Positions 7,937 through 15,594 of a DNA stretch of 33,447 nt are shown in pieces. Below the pieces are notes generated by a model. The model was not told the origin of the DNA, ran no database searches, and saw only the letters and a program-made list of their open reading frames with translations. The DNA is from a virus (taxonomy: Duplodnaviria > Heunggongvirae > Uroviricota > Caudoviricetes): the IMG/VR virus record IMGVR_UViG_2734482556_000012; one strand, written 5' to 3'. Each line of letters starts with the position of its first letter. The stretch's first letter is position 1. The translations under genes and the position numbers were made by a program.

Positions 7937-8500
7937 ATGAGGCTAACCGTGGGTAAGCATCACTGGAAAGTAGAAAAACAGCCTGAGTGGTACGTGAAAG
8001 CTGTGAGAAAAACTATCGCGGCGTTGCCGGGGGGGTACGCTGAAGCTGCTGAGTGGCTGGATGTAACAGAGAACGCTTTATTCAATCGCCTTCGTGCAGA
8101 TGGCGATCAGATTTTCCCGCTGGGATGGGCAATGATTTTACAGCGCGCGGCTGGCACTCACTACATTGCGGATGCTGTCGCACAGTCTGCTGGTGGAGTG
8201 TTTGTATCGCTTCCTGAAATTGAGGAAGTAGAGAACGCCGATATAAACCAGCGCCTGCTGGAAGTCATCGAACAGATCGGGAGTTACTCAAAGCAGATTC
8301 GTTCGGCAATCGAAGATGGGGTAGTGGAGCCACACGAGCAGACAGCAATTAATGATGAGTTGTATCTGTCAATTTCGAAGCTCCAGGAGCATGCAGCACT
8401 GGTCTACAAAATCTTTTGCGCTCCAGAAAAGAGTGACGCCCGCGAGTGTGCAGCTCCGGGCGTCGTGGCGTTTTGTGTCTGTGGAGAAACTAACGCATGA
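7937..8500 (+). CDS. CII-like regulatory protein (HTH + coiled coil; YdaT/CII position)
   Basis: Position directly after cro; N-terminal HTH-like segment and C-terminal heptad region; start 7937 or GTG 7949. Confidence 0.35.
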   Translation: MRLTVGKHHWKVEKQPEWYVKAVRKTIAALPGGYAEAAEWLDVTENALFNRLRADGDQIFPLGWAMILQRAAGTHYIADAVAQSAGGVFVSLPEIEEVENADINQRLLEVIEQIGSYSKQIRSAIEDGVVEPHEQTAINDELYLSISKLQEHAALVYKIFCAPEKSDARECAAPGVVAFCVCGETNA

Positions 8501-9333
8501 ACAGTTTAACGGCAAATAACCGTTTGTCGCAACAGCTGGTGGTCAGTGTCGCTGAACACCTGTTGTTACGGCATGAATGCAGATTACCAAATCACCTGGC
8601 TGTAAGTAACCACAGAGAACTTTACCTGACTGTGGGGGGCGAGTTGTGCAGGAACTTAACCGCTGGTTTCGTGACGGAAGAGGGCTTTATGTCCATGTTA
8701 TTCGTTGGGAGCCAGAAACACAGCGCGTTATCTATCTTCGCAAAGACTACCCGCATGAGTGCTTTAGTCCTTTGTGGAAATTCAGGCGTGATTTTGTTGA
8801 GTGTGAAGGACCACCAGCACATTGATTCTGCCATTCCGGGACGTTACACTGTTCAGGCACCTTATAAAGCGGGTGCCGGGATTGGCGTCCTGGAAATGTT
8901 ATCGGCGATATATGACGCGCCAGCGTCTTTTTTATCGTTTGCGTCTGTGCACACCCAAATTATGGTGGGCTGGACGGGGGCACCGAAAGGTGCGCCGGTT
9001 TCCGATAACGCCGGTTACGCCAACCCCGTTCAGTTCACCACCAGCGAAATTGGCGTTTCCGGTGGTGAAGGTAATTCACTGTTATCGGAGGCTGCCATCA
9101 TGGCTACTGTCCCAGCCCTCACTCGTCTGAATGATGAAGACTTACATAAACTCAGTTATGTAACAACTGCACTACGTGCTCTGCGCAAGGTAACTCTTTC
9201 GGATCCGCAGGCGCATCAGGTTCTGGTAGAAACCCTTCTTAACTTGCAGGCTGAACGTATTCGTCTGGCGGATAAGGCTAATTTTCATATTCACCGTCTC
9301 CTGAATATCAGCGGAGGGCATCGTCATGCTTAA
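8497..9333 (+). CDS. hypothetical protein; reading frame of the 5' third uncertain
   Basis: Only long ORF here, ATGA-coupled at both ends; a second protein-like frame is open over 8610-8825. Confidence 0.35.
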   Translation: MNSLTANNRLSQQLVVSVAEHLLLRHECRLPNHLAVSNHRELYLTVGGELCRNLTAGFVTEEGFMSMLFVGSQKHSALSIFAKTTRMSALVLCGNSGVILLSVKDHQHIDSAIPGRYTVQAPYKAGAGIGVLEMLSAIYDAPASFLSFASVHTQIMVGWTGAPKGAPVSDNAGYANPVQFTTSEIGVSGGEGNSLLSEAAIMATVPALTRLNDEDLHKLSYVTTALRALRKVTLSDPQAHQVLVETLLNLQAERIRLADKANFHIHRLLNISGGHRHA

Positions 9334-9562
9334 TCCGTTGATCCTCAACATTTACCGTTTATTTCAGCGTAAAAAAACATCAATTCCTACAGTTGGGCAG
9401 TGGTACACCACGCCTGCAGGGCATGTTCTACGTGTTAGCCTGGTTGACCGTGAATGTCAGAAGGTGATTTGTGAACCGCTGGGCCGTAATTACCGCGTCA
9501 GTATGCCGCTTATAGCCTTTCGCTCCGGAAAAAACATGAAGCATCTCGGAGGTGCAGCATGA
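9326..9562 (+). CDS. hypothetical small protein (78 aa)
   Basis: GGAGGG RBS 7 nt upstream; start and stop overlap neighbours. Confidence 0.45.
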   Translation: MLNPLILNIYRLFQRKKTSIPTVGQWYTTPAGHVLRVSLVDRECQKVICEPLGRNYRVSMPLIAFRSGKNMKHLGGAA

Positions 9563-10377
9563 GTATGGAGCTGATGGTTAAAGCGATGAAAATTCGAGTG
9601 GGTAATCCATTGCGAAAACTGGTTCTGATCAAGCTGGCTGATAATGCCAGCGATCAGGGTGAGTGCTGGCCCAGCTACCAGCATATTGCTGACCAGTGCG
9701 AGATTAGCAAACGTTCTGTGATGAATCATATTGCGGTCCTTTGTGAGTCCGGGCTGGTAAAAAAAGTCACCCGGAAAGGTGAAAAAGGTAACTCAAGTAA
9801 TATCTATCTCCTTCATCTGGATGGTGCAGGAGATTCACTAGGGGGTAGTGCAAATAATTCACTATCTGGTGCAGCAAATTCACCAGGTAGTGCAGGAGTT
9901 GCACCAGGGGGTAGTGCAGGAGATTCACCCAGAACCAGTCACTCTTTTGAACCAGTCAAAGAACCAGTCAATGAACCAATAGCTGTTGGTGCATCTGCTG
10001 ATGAGTCTGTGCGAGTTCGTTCAAACCGACCGGAATACTCTCCGGAGTTTGAGCAGGCATGGCTGGCATACCCCAAACGTGCTGGTGGCAATTCAAAATC
10101 AGCAGCCTTCAAAGCCTGGAAAGCCCGTTTGAATGAGGGGGTAAACCCCGAAACCATGCTGGAAGGTGTGAAACGCTACTCGTGCTGGGTATCTGCGATG
10201 GGTAACAGCGGCACACAATTTGTGAAACAGGCTGTCACGTTCTTTGGTCCGGATCGTCATTTCGAAGAATCCTGGGAAGTTCCTGCGGTATCTGCAGCCA
10301 GACGCGAGGACCCGTACTTCAAAGCCAGTTACGACAACGTGGACTACAGCCAGATCCCGGCAGGATTCAGGGGGTGA
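9559..10377 (+). CDS. replication initiation protein (O-like; N-terminal wHTH, repeat-encoded Gly/Ser/Ala linker, conserved C-terminal domain)
   Basis: N-terminal HTH block (QHIADQCEISKRSVMNHIAVL); low-complexity linker encoded by iteron-like repeats, as in lambda O; GGAGGTG RBS. Confidence 0.6.
   Translation: MSMELMVKAMKIRVGNPLRKLVLIKLADNASDQGECWPSYQHIADQCEISKRSVMNHIAVLCESGLVKKVTRKGEKGNSSNIYLLHLDGAGDSLGGSANNSLSGAANSPGSAGVAPGGSAGDSPRTSHSFEPVKEPVNEPIAVGASADESVRVRSNRPEYSPEFEQAWLAYPKRAGGNSKSAAFKAWKARLNEGVNPETMLEGVKRYSCWVSAMGNSGTQFVKQAVTFFGPDRHFEESWEVPAVSAARREDPYFKASYDNVDYSQIPAGFRG
9823..9928. repeat. five iteron-like ~16-bp direct repeats (consensus rGTGCAnnAnnTTCAC) at 21-24-bp spacing; candidate replication origin
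   Basis: Copies at 9823-9838, 9847-9862, 9868-9883, 9889-9904, 9913-9928; further GAACCAGTCA repeats at 9931-9975. Confidence 0.5.
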
Positions 10378-10379
10378 TT

Positions 10380-10868
10380 ATGAGTCTTTTGAATGAAGTT
10401 CAGAAATTCATTGAAGCCCATCCGGGGTGTACTTCCGGAGACATTGCGGATGCTTTTGCAGGTTACTCACGGCAGCGCGTTCTGCAGTCAGCAAGCAAGT
10501 TACGTCAGAGTGGGCGTGTGGATCACCGTTGTGAAGGAGATACACGCAGACATTTCCCGCGCCTGACTGAGAGAGCGCAGGAACCGGAACCACAACCAGT
10601 TCGAGAAACCAGACCTGTGCGCAATTTCTATGTCGGCACTAACGATCCCCGTGTGATTTTGTGCCTGACCCGCCAGGCTGAAGAACTGGAGTCCAGGGGC
10701 TTATACCGTCGTGCTGCAACGGTGTGGATGGCGGCATTCCGAGAAAGCCACTCCCAGCCAGAACGAAACAATTTTCTGGCGCGTCGTGAGCAGTGCTTAC
10801 GGAAAAGCAGCAAGCGAGCTGTATCGGGTGATGAGTGGTATCTGTCAGGGAATTACGTGGGGGCTTAA
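10380..10868 (+). CDS. PerC-like transcriptional regulator with extra N-terminal domain
   Basis: C-terminal AEELESRGLYRRAATVWM...RREQCLRK resembles the PerC/Pch signature (recalled); ATG 10380 preferred over GTG 10374. Confidence 0.4.
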   Translation: MSLLNEVQKFIEAHPGCTSGDIADAFAGYSRQRVLQSASKLRQSGRVDHRCEGDTRRHFPRLTERAQEPEPQPVRETRPVRNFYVGTNDPRVILCLTRQAEELESRGLYRRAATVWMAAFRESHSQPERNNFLARREQCLRKSSKRAVSGDEWYLSGNYVGA

Positions 10869-11521
10869 TGAGTAATAAATATTGCCAGGAGCTGGTGGAA
10901 CTGCGGAACAAACCAGCCCATGAACTGAAGGAAGTGGGTGATCAGTGGTGCACGCCGGACAACATTTTCTGGGGAATTAACACCCTGTTTGGCCCGTTTG
11001 TTCTGGATCTGTTCACTGACGGTGATAACGCCAAATGTGCCGCGTATTACACGGCGGAAGACAACGCGCTGGCGCATGACTGGTCAGAACGCCTTGCGGG
11101 GCTTAAAGGTGCTGCCTTTGGTAATCCTCCATACAGCCGCGCCAGTCAACATGAGGGGCAATACATCACCGGCATGCGTTACATCATGAAACATGCCAGT
11201 GCCATGCGTGATAAGGGCGGGCGCTATGTTTTCCTGATCAAAGCTGCCACCAGCGAAGTGTGGTGGCCGGAAGATGCAGATCATATTGCTTTTATTCGCG
11301 GGCGTATTGGTTTTGAACTGCCTGTCTGGTTTATCCCGAAAGACGAGAAGCAGGTACCGACAGGAGCTTTTTTCGCTGGTGCTATTGCTGTTTTTGACAA
11401 GACCTGGAAGGGACCGGCAATCAGCTACATCGGGCGCGATGAACTTGAGGCATGTGGTGAGGCGTTTCTGGCGCAGGTTCGCCAGCAGGCGGAAAAACTG
11501 GTCAGGGAGATGGCGGCATGA
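10868..11521 (+). CDS. phage Dam-family DNA N6-adenine methyltransferase
   Basis: GNPPY catalytic motif with upstream WCTPDNIF...FVLDLFTDGDN block; ATG overlaps upstream stop (TAATG). Confidence 0.8.
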   Translation: MSNKYCQELVELRNKPAHELKEVGDQWCTPDNIFWGINTLFGPFVLDLFTDGDNAKCAAYYTAEDNALAHDWSERLAGLKGAAFGNPPYSRASQHEGQYITGMRYIMKHASAMRDKGGRYVFLIKAATSEVWWPEDADHIAFIRGRIGFELPVWFIPKDEKQVPTGAFFAGAIAVFDKTWKGPAISYIGRDELEACGEAFLAQVRQQAEKLVREMAA

Positions 11522-11844
11522 CGACGTTAACTCAATGCCAGCAGCAGGTGCTGGATATGCTGATTTCTTATCAGAAAGAACGTGGCTTCCCGCCAACCAA
11601 TCAGGAGGTGGCAACCATGCTGGGATACCGTTCAGTGAATGCAGCGGTGGAGCATCTTCGCGCACTGGAGAAAAAAGGCGTCATCACGATAAAGCGTGGC
11701 GTGGCCCGGGGTATCACTCTTCATACCGCGGTGAAGGACGACGACAGCGAGGCGGTCGGGATTATCCGCTCACTGCTTGCCGGTGAGGAAAACGCCAGGC
11801 TGCGTGCAACCCACTGGTTACATGAGAGAGGCCTGAAAGTATGA
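11518..11844 (+). CDS. LexA N-terminal DNA-binding-domain-like protein (no peptidase domain)
   Basis: First ~70 aa align by eye with LexA wHTH (LTxxQQxVLDxI, GFPPT, EVAxxLGYRS.NAA.EHL.AL..KGVI); only 108 aa, no Ser/Lys peptidase motifs. Confidence 0.6.
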   Translation: MTTLTQCQQQVLDMLISYQKERGFPPTNQEVATMLGYRSVNAAVEHLRALEKKGVITIKRGVARGITLHTAVKDDDSEAVGIIRSLLAGEENARLRATHWLHERGLKV

Positions 11845-12230
11845 AGCTGATCCTGCCTTTCCCGCCCAGCGTGAACACGTACTGGCGACACCCCAACAAA
11901 GGGGCATTTGCTGGTAAGAGCCTGATAAGCGCGGCGGGGCGAAAATTTCAGAGCGCGGCGTGCGCAGCAATAGTTGAGCAGTTACGTCGTCTGCCAAAAC
12001 CAACGTCGGCACCTGCTGCAGTGGAGATCGTGTTGTTTCCTCCGGATAACCGGATCCGCGATCTGGACAACTATAACAAGGCGCTGTTTGACGCGTTGAC
12101 CCACGCGGGTGTGTGGGAAGACGACAGACAGGTGAAAAGAATGCTGGTGGAGTGGGGACCGGTTATCCCGAAAGGGAAGGTCGAGATCACCATCAGTAAG
12201 TACGAGAAAACGGCGGGTGCAGCCGCCTGA
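11841..12230 (+). CDS. rusA: RusA Holliday junction resolvase
   Basis: PPSVNTYWRH and RDLDNYNKALFDALT motifs match RusA; ATGA coupling. Confidence 0.85.
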   Translation: MKLILPFPPSVNTYWRHPNKGAFAGKSLISAAGRKFQSAACAAIVEQLRRLPKPTSAPAAVEIVLFPPDNRIRDLDNYNKALFDALTHAGVWEDDRQVKRMLVEWGPVIPKGKVEITISKYEKTAGAAA

Positions 12231-12249
12231 TTAAGAGGAGAAACGAAGT

Positions 12250-13059
12250 ATGAATAATCTGATGGTCATTGATGGTATTGAAGTTCGTCGTGATGCTTAT
12301 GGGCGTTACAGCCTGAACGATCTGCACAGGGCTGCCGGGGGAGAACAAAAAAACCGCCCGAAATACTGGCTCTCCAATAAGCAAACCTGTGAATTGATTG
12401 AACAACTTTTCACCGAGGGTGGAATTCCGCCTCTGGAACAAAATCAACCAGTTAGCGTCATTAATGGCGGAAATAACCAGGGGACGTATGTCTGCAAAGA
12501 ACTGGTGTATGCCTATGCAATGTGGATCAGCCCGTCATTCCATCTGAAGGTGATCCGTACTTTCGACATGGTAACCAGCGCACCGGAAAAATTATCCGGA
12601 CAGGCTGCTGACAAGATGCAGGCTGGCGTGATCCTGCTGGACTTTATGCGCCGGGAATTAAATCTGTCTAACTCATCAGTGCTTGGAGCCTGTCAGAAGC
12701 TTCAGGAGGCTGTTGGCTTACCGAATCTGGCACCGCGCTATGCCATTGATGCTCCTGCTGACGCGCCTGATGGCTCAAGTCGCCCCACGCTGTCGCTGAG
12801 TGCACTGCTGAAACAGTATGGTATCCGCCTGACGGCTAATCAGGCATATCACCAGATGGTGAAGCTAGGGATCGTTGAACAACGCGAACGATACAGCCGT
12901 ACCGCGATTAACAACATCAAAAAATTCTGGTCGCTGACGGCGAAAGGCTGCATGTTCGGCAAGAACATCACCAGTCCCGCAAATCCGCGCGAGACGCAGC
13001 CGCATTTCTTCGAATCCCGATTCCCTGAGCTGTTAAAGTTGCTCGATACCGTTCATTGA
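12250..13059 (+). CDS. KilA-N domain protein (antirepressor-like)
   Basis: N-terminal YSLNDLHRAAGG...RPKYWL...ELIEQL KilA-N signature; AAGAGGAG RBS. Confidence 0.6.
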   Translation: MNNLMVIDGIEVRRDAYGRYSLNDLHRAAGGEQKNRPKYWLSNKQTCELIEQLFTEGGIPPLEQNQPVSVINGGNNQGTYVCKELVYAYAMWISPSFHLKVIRTFDMVTSAPEKLSGQAADKMQAGVILLDFMRRELNLSNSSVLGACQKLQEAVGLPNLAPRYAIDAPADAPDGSSRPTLSLSALLKQYGIRLTANQAYHQMVKLGIVEQRERYSRTAINNIKKFWSLTAKGCMFGKNITSPANPRETQPHFFESRFPELLKLLDTVH

Positions 13060-13060
13060 G

Positions 13061-14056
13061 GTGACCGTGAGAGCACTACTGACCCCTGAAATTGCCCCGC
13101 GTATGGGGATCGTATTGTTCAGGCCAGGTTCAGAGCTGATGCCCCTGTTTATGCAGGGGCGTGTCCTGCTGGAGCCTGAGCCGGAACGTTATTCATCTTT
13201 CGCCAGTGGTGCCGTTCCGGCGGCATCACAACCGCTGGCGGATGATCCTGCCGTTCGGGCCGTGTTCCGCAATGAGGCAGTGATCCGTCGTGCTGGTGGC
13301 GTGGAATGTCTTGAAAGCTGGTTACTTCGTGAAAAAGGCTGCCAGTGGCCTCATTCCGACTGGCACAGCGAGAACATGACAACAATGCGACACGCGCCGG
13401 GCGCAATCCGTCTGTGCTGGCACTGCGATAACCAGCTGCGCGATCAGTTCACGGAACGGCTGGAATCAATGGCAACGGATAACTGTGCCCGCTGGGTGTT
13501 GTCTGTTGTGCGTCGGGATCTCGGTTTTGATGATAGTCACGTTGTGACAATGCCGGAACTGTGCTGGTGGCTGATTCGGAATGACCTGGCGGATGCCTTA
13601 CCGGAAAGTGCAGCCCGTAAGGCACTGAGATTACCGAAGCCTGTTGTGCCGTCTGTCACCCGGGAAAGTGACCTTGTGCCTTCGGTTCCTGCCACCAGCA
13701 TCATCCAGGATAAGGCGAAAAAGGTGCTGGCGCTGAAAGTGGATCCGGAGTCGCCGGAGTCTTTTATGTTACGCCCAAAACGTCGCCGCTGGGTTAATGA
13801 AAAGTACACGCGCTGGGTTAAGACACAGCCGTGTGCATGTTGTGGAAAGCCCGCTGATGATCCCCACCACCTGATAGGTCACGGTCAGGGTGGAATGGGA
13901 ACAAAAGCGCATGACCTTTTTGTGTTGCCTTTGTGCAGAAAGCATCACGACGAGCTGCATGCGGATACCGTGGCATTTGAAGAGAAGTATGGCTCCCAGC
14001 TGGAGCTGATATTTCGTTTTATCGATCGTGCGCTGGCAATTGGCGTGCTGGCCTGA
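13061..14056 (+). CDS. DUF968-like protein with C-terminal HNH-like Cys/His motif
   Basis: C-terminus CACCGKP..DDPHHL...[12 protein letters not shown] resembles a zinc-binding HNH-type motif; GTG start. Confidence 0.4.
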   Translation: MTVRALLTPEIAPRMGIVLFRPGSELMPLFMQGRVLLEPEPERYSSFASGAVPAASQPLADDPAVRAVFRNEAVIRRAGGVECLESWLLREKGCQWPHSDWHSENMTTMRHAPGAIRLCWHCDNQLRDQFTERLESMATDNCARWVLSVVRRDLGFDDSHVVTMPELCWWLIRNDLADALPESAARKALRLPKPVVPSVTRESDLVPSVPATSIIQDKAKKVLALKVDPESPESFMLRPKRRRWVNEKYTRWVKTQPCACCGKPADDPHHLIGHGQGGMGTKAHDLFVLPLCRKHHDELHADTVAFEEKYGSQLELIFRFIDRALAIGVLA

Positions 14057-14073
14057 TTTTGTGGAGAAAGTTG

Positions 14074-14439
14074 ATGCGTGATATTCAAATGGTTCTTGAA
14101 CGTTGGGGGGCATGGGTGGCAAATAATCACGAGGATGTCACTTGGTCGTCTATTGCTGCAGGATTTAAAGGACTAATCCCTTCAAAAGTAAAATCCCGCC
14201 CGCAATGTTGTGACGATGACGCGATGATCATTTGTGGATGCATGGCTCGCCTGAAAAAGAACAACAGCGATTTGCACGATTTATTAGTGGATTATTATGT
14301 AGGTGGTATGACGTTTATGGCGCTTGCCCGTAAACATGGGCGTTCTGATTGCTGGGTTGGGCGTTTATTGCAAAAGGCTGAAGGTGTAGTTGATGGCATG
14401 TTAATGATGTTAGAAATTGAGCTAGAGATGGATCGTTAG
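14074..14439 (+). CDS. antitermination protein Q-like (small Q family with Cys cluster)
   Basis: [14 protein letters not shown]...[16 protein letters not shown] resembles small prophage Q proteins (recalled); GGAG RBS 7 nt before ATG 14074; sits before the lysis genes. Confidence 0.6.
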   Translation: MRDIQMVLERWGAWVANNHEDVTWSSIAAGFKGLIPSKVKSRPQCCDDDAMIICGCMARLKKNNSDLHDLLVDYYVGGMTFMALARKHGRSDCWVGRLLQKAEGVVDGMLMMLEIELEMDR

Positions 14440-14450
14440 AAGACCTCTTA

Positions 14451-14479
14451 TTGAGAGGGTAATTGAATCAGTTTAATGT
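14451..14479 (+). promoter_or_regulatory. candidate sigma-70 promoter (TTGAGA-17-TAATGT); possible late promoter pR'
   Basis: Hexamers at 14451-14456 and 14474-14479 just downstream of the Q stop. Confidence 0.3.
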
Positions 14480-14482
14480 GTG

Positions 14483-14512
14483 GGGAGTCGATTTATTCTC
14501 CCCATTTTATTT
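14483..14512 (+). terminator. rho-independent terminator-like hairpin (candidate tR')
   Basis: GGGGAG...CTCCCC stem (14483-14488 with 14499-14504) followed by ATTTTATTT. Confidence 0.5.
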
Positions 14513-14523
14513 AATTAATTTAC

Positions 14524-14970
14524 TTAAGGTTTTAATTCATCAAGACGTTGTTGGATAGTGTTTTTGCTTGCGTTGTCTGTTATAGCCATTTGTTGTACTT
14601 GCCCCATTGCCATTTGAGTTTCCATCCACATATCGGCCCACACTTTTGTATCGTTATTAACTTGAGCGATAGTAAATCTGACTTTTGATACCGGGGTTGT
14701 TGAATAGGCATTGCCGATTAACATTTGTCCAAAAACAGCAGACCCGCCTTCCAGTTCTTTACCACATATAACACTGCTGTTATCCGCGTTGTAAATTATC
14801 AACCCTCTACTATTGCAGTAATTCACAAGGGCATCTTTGACTTTATCTTTTGTCGTATTTTGATAAACCCCCTCAGGTTTTCCTGATTGAGTTTTCTTTA
14901 TCAATGGTACGGAAGAAGTACAACCTGAAATGATAGTTGCGCTAAGTAATAGTACAGTCATTTTATTCAT
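14524..14970 (-). CDS. predicted outer-membrane lipoprotein (moron)
   Basis: Signal peptide with lipobox ISGC (MNKMTVLLLSATIISG-C), Thr at +2; AT-rich gene antisense to the late operon. Confidence 0.6.
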   Translation of the reverse strand: MNKMTVLLLSATIISGCTSSVPLIKKTQSGKPEGVYQNTTKDKVKDALVNYCNSRGLIIYNADNSSVICGKELEGGSAVFGQMLIGNAYSTTPVSKVRFTIAQVNNDTKVWADMWMETQMAMGQVQQMAITDNASKNTIQQRLDELKP

Positions 14971-15093
14971 GTTTCTTATCCATTGTTAAGGGCATACCTA
15001 CACAATTATTTTTATTGGAGATGAATAATCAACCGTTTACAATCGTAAAAAATCAAATATGCTGTTAAGAGTGGTTACTTCGCCACACAACTT

Positions 15094-15118
15094 AAACCCG
15101 CCGCTGAGCGGTTTTTTT
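15094..15118 (+). terminator. rho-independent terminator-like hairpin
   Basis: Short GC stem (ACCCGC...GCGGT) followed by T7 at 15112-15118. Confidence 0.4.
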
Positions 15119-15216
15119 GTACCTGTAAACTTGGTGCAGTACAGTAAACACGCTGGTGGTCGTGAATACTGACTTTTTATCTTGCTGGCTTTTTAGACAA
15201 GAGTTATTGGTATGTC

Positions 15217-15444
15217 ATGTTAACCAGAAGGGAAAAAGACATGCTAAAACAGCAAGATATGACAGAAACCGCCGCCGCAGTCCTTCATTTCTTACCTGCT
15301 GACAAGTGGGTAACGCCACGCATGATGACGAGAACTACCGGAGTAAGCGAAGCCCGGTGCCAGTTAATACTGACTCAGTTAGTTCTGGCGGGTCTGGCGA
15401 AGGATAACGGTGGGTACGGGAATAAATTCAGACGCTGCCAGTAA
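15217..15444 (+). CDS. small wHTH protein, FaeA/PapI-like
   Basis: About 70 aa with AAVLHFL...TGVSEARCQLILTQLVLAGL, architecture like PapI/FaeA; alternative start ATG 15241 has a better RBS. Confidence 0.4.
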   Translation: MLTRREKDMLKQQDMTETAAAVLHFLPADKWVTPRMMTRTTGVSEARCQLILTQLVLAGLAKDNGGYGNKFRRCQ

Positions 15445-15594
15445 TGGCGGTTTCCTGCTGTGAAAATGGGCGGCTGGTGGGTGTTGGTAGCACCTGCCAG
15501 CCATTCGCTCATGCTTACTGGTCACAAGCGAACCACGGCCCACTGCTTTAGCGCAAAAGCAGAGTGAGCCTACCAGAGTTACGCTTACTGATCC

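Noticed and set aside
8822-9130. 102-aa Arg-rich plus-strand ORF and 70-aa minus-strand ORF (8622-8834)
   Set aside because: Out-of-frame shadows of the coding region, with typical junk composition (R/L/P-rich).
14483-14512. Hairpin as the terminator of the minus-strand lipoprotein gene
   Set aside because: On the minus strand the hairpin is not followed by a U tract; it fits a plus-strand terminator downstream of Q better.
15445-15594. Possible tRNA-like or small RNA gene in the MTase leader
   Set aside because: Contains hairpins and a duplicated GCTTACTG motif but no tRNA hallmarks; kept only as a possible regulatory leader.
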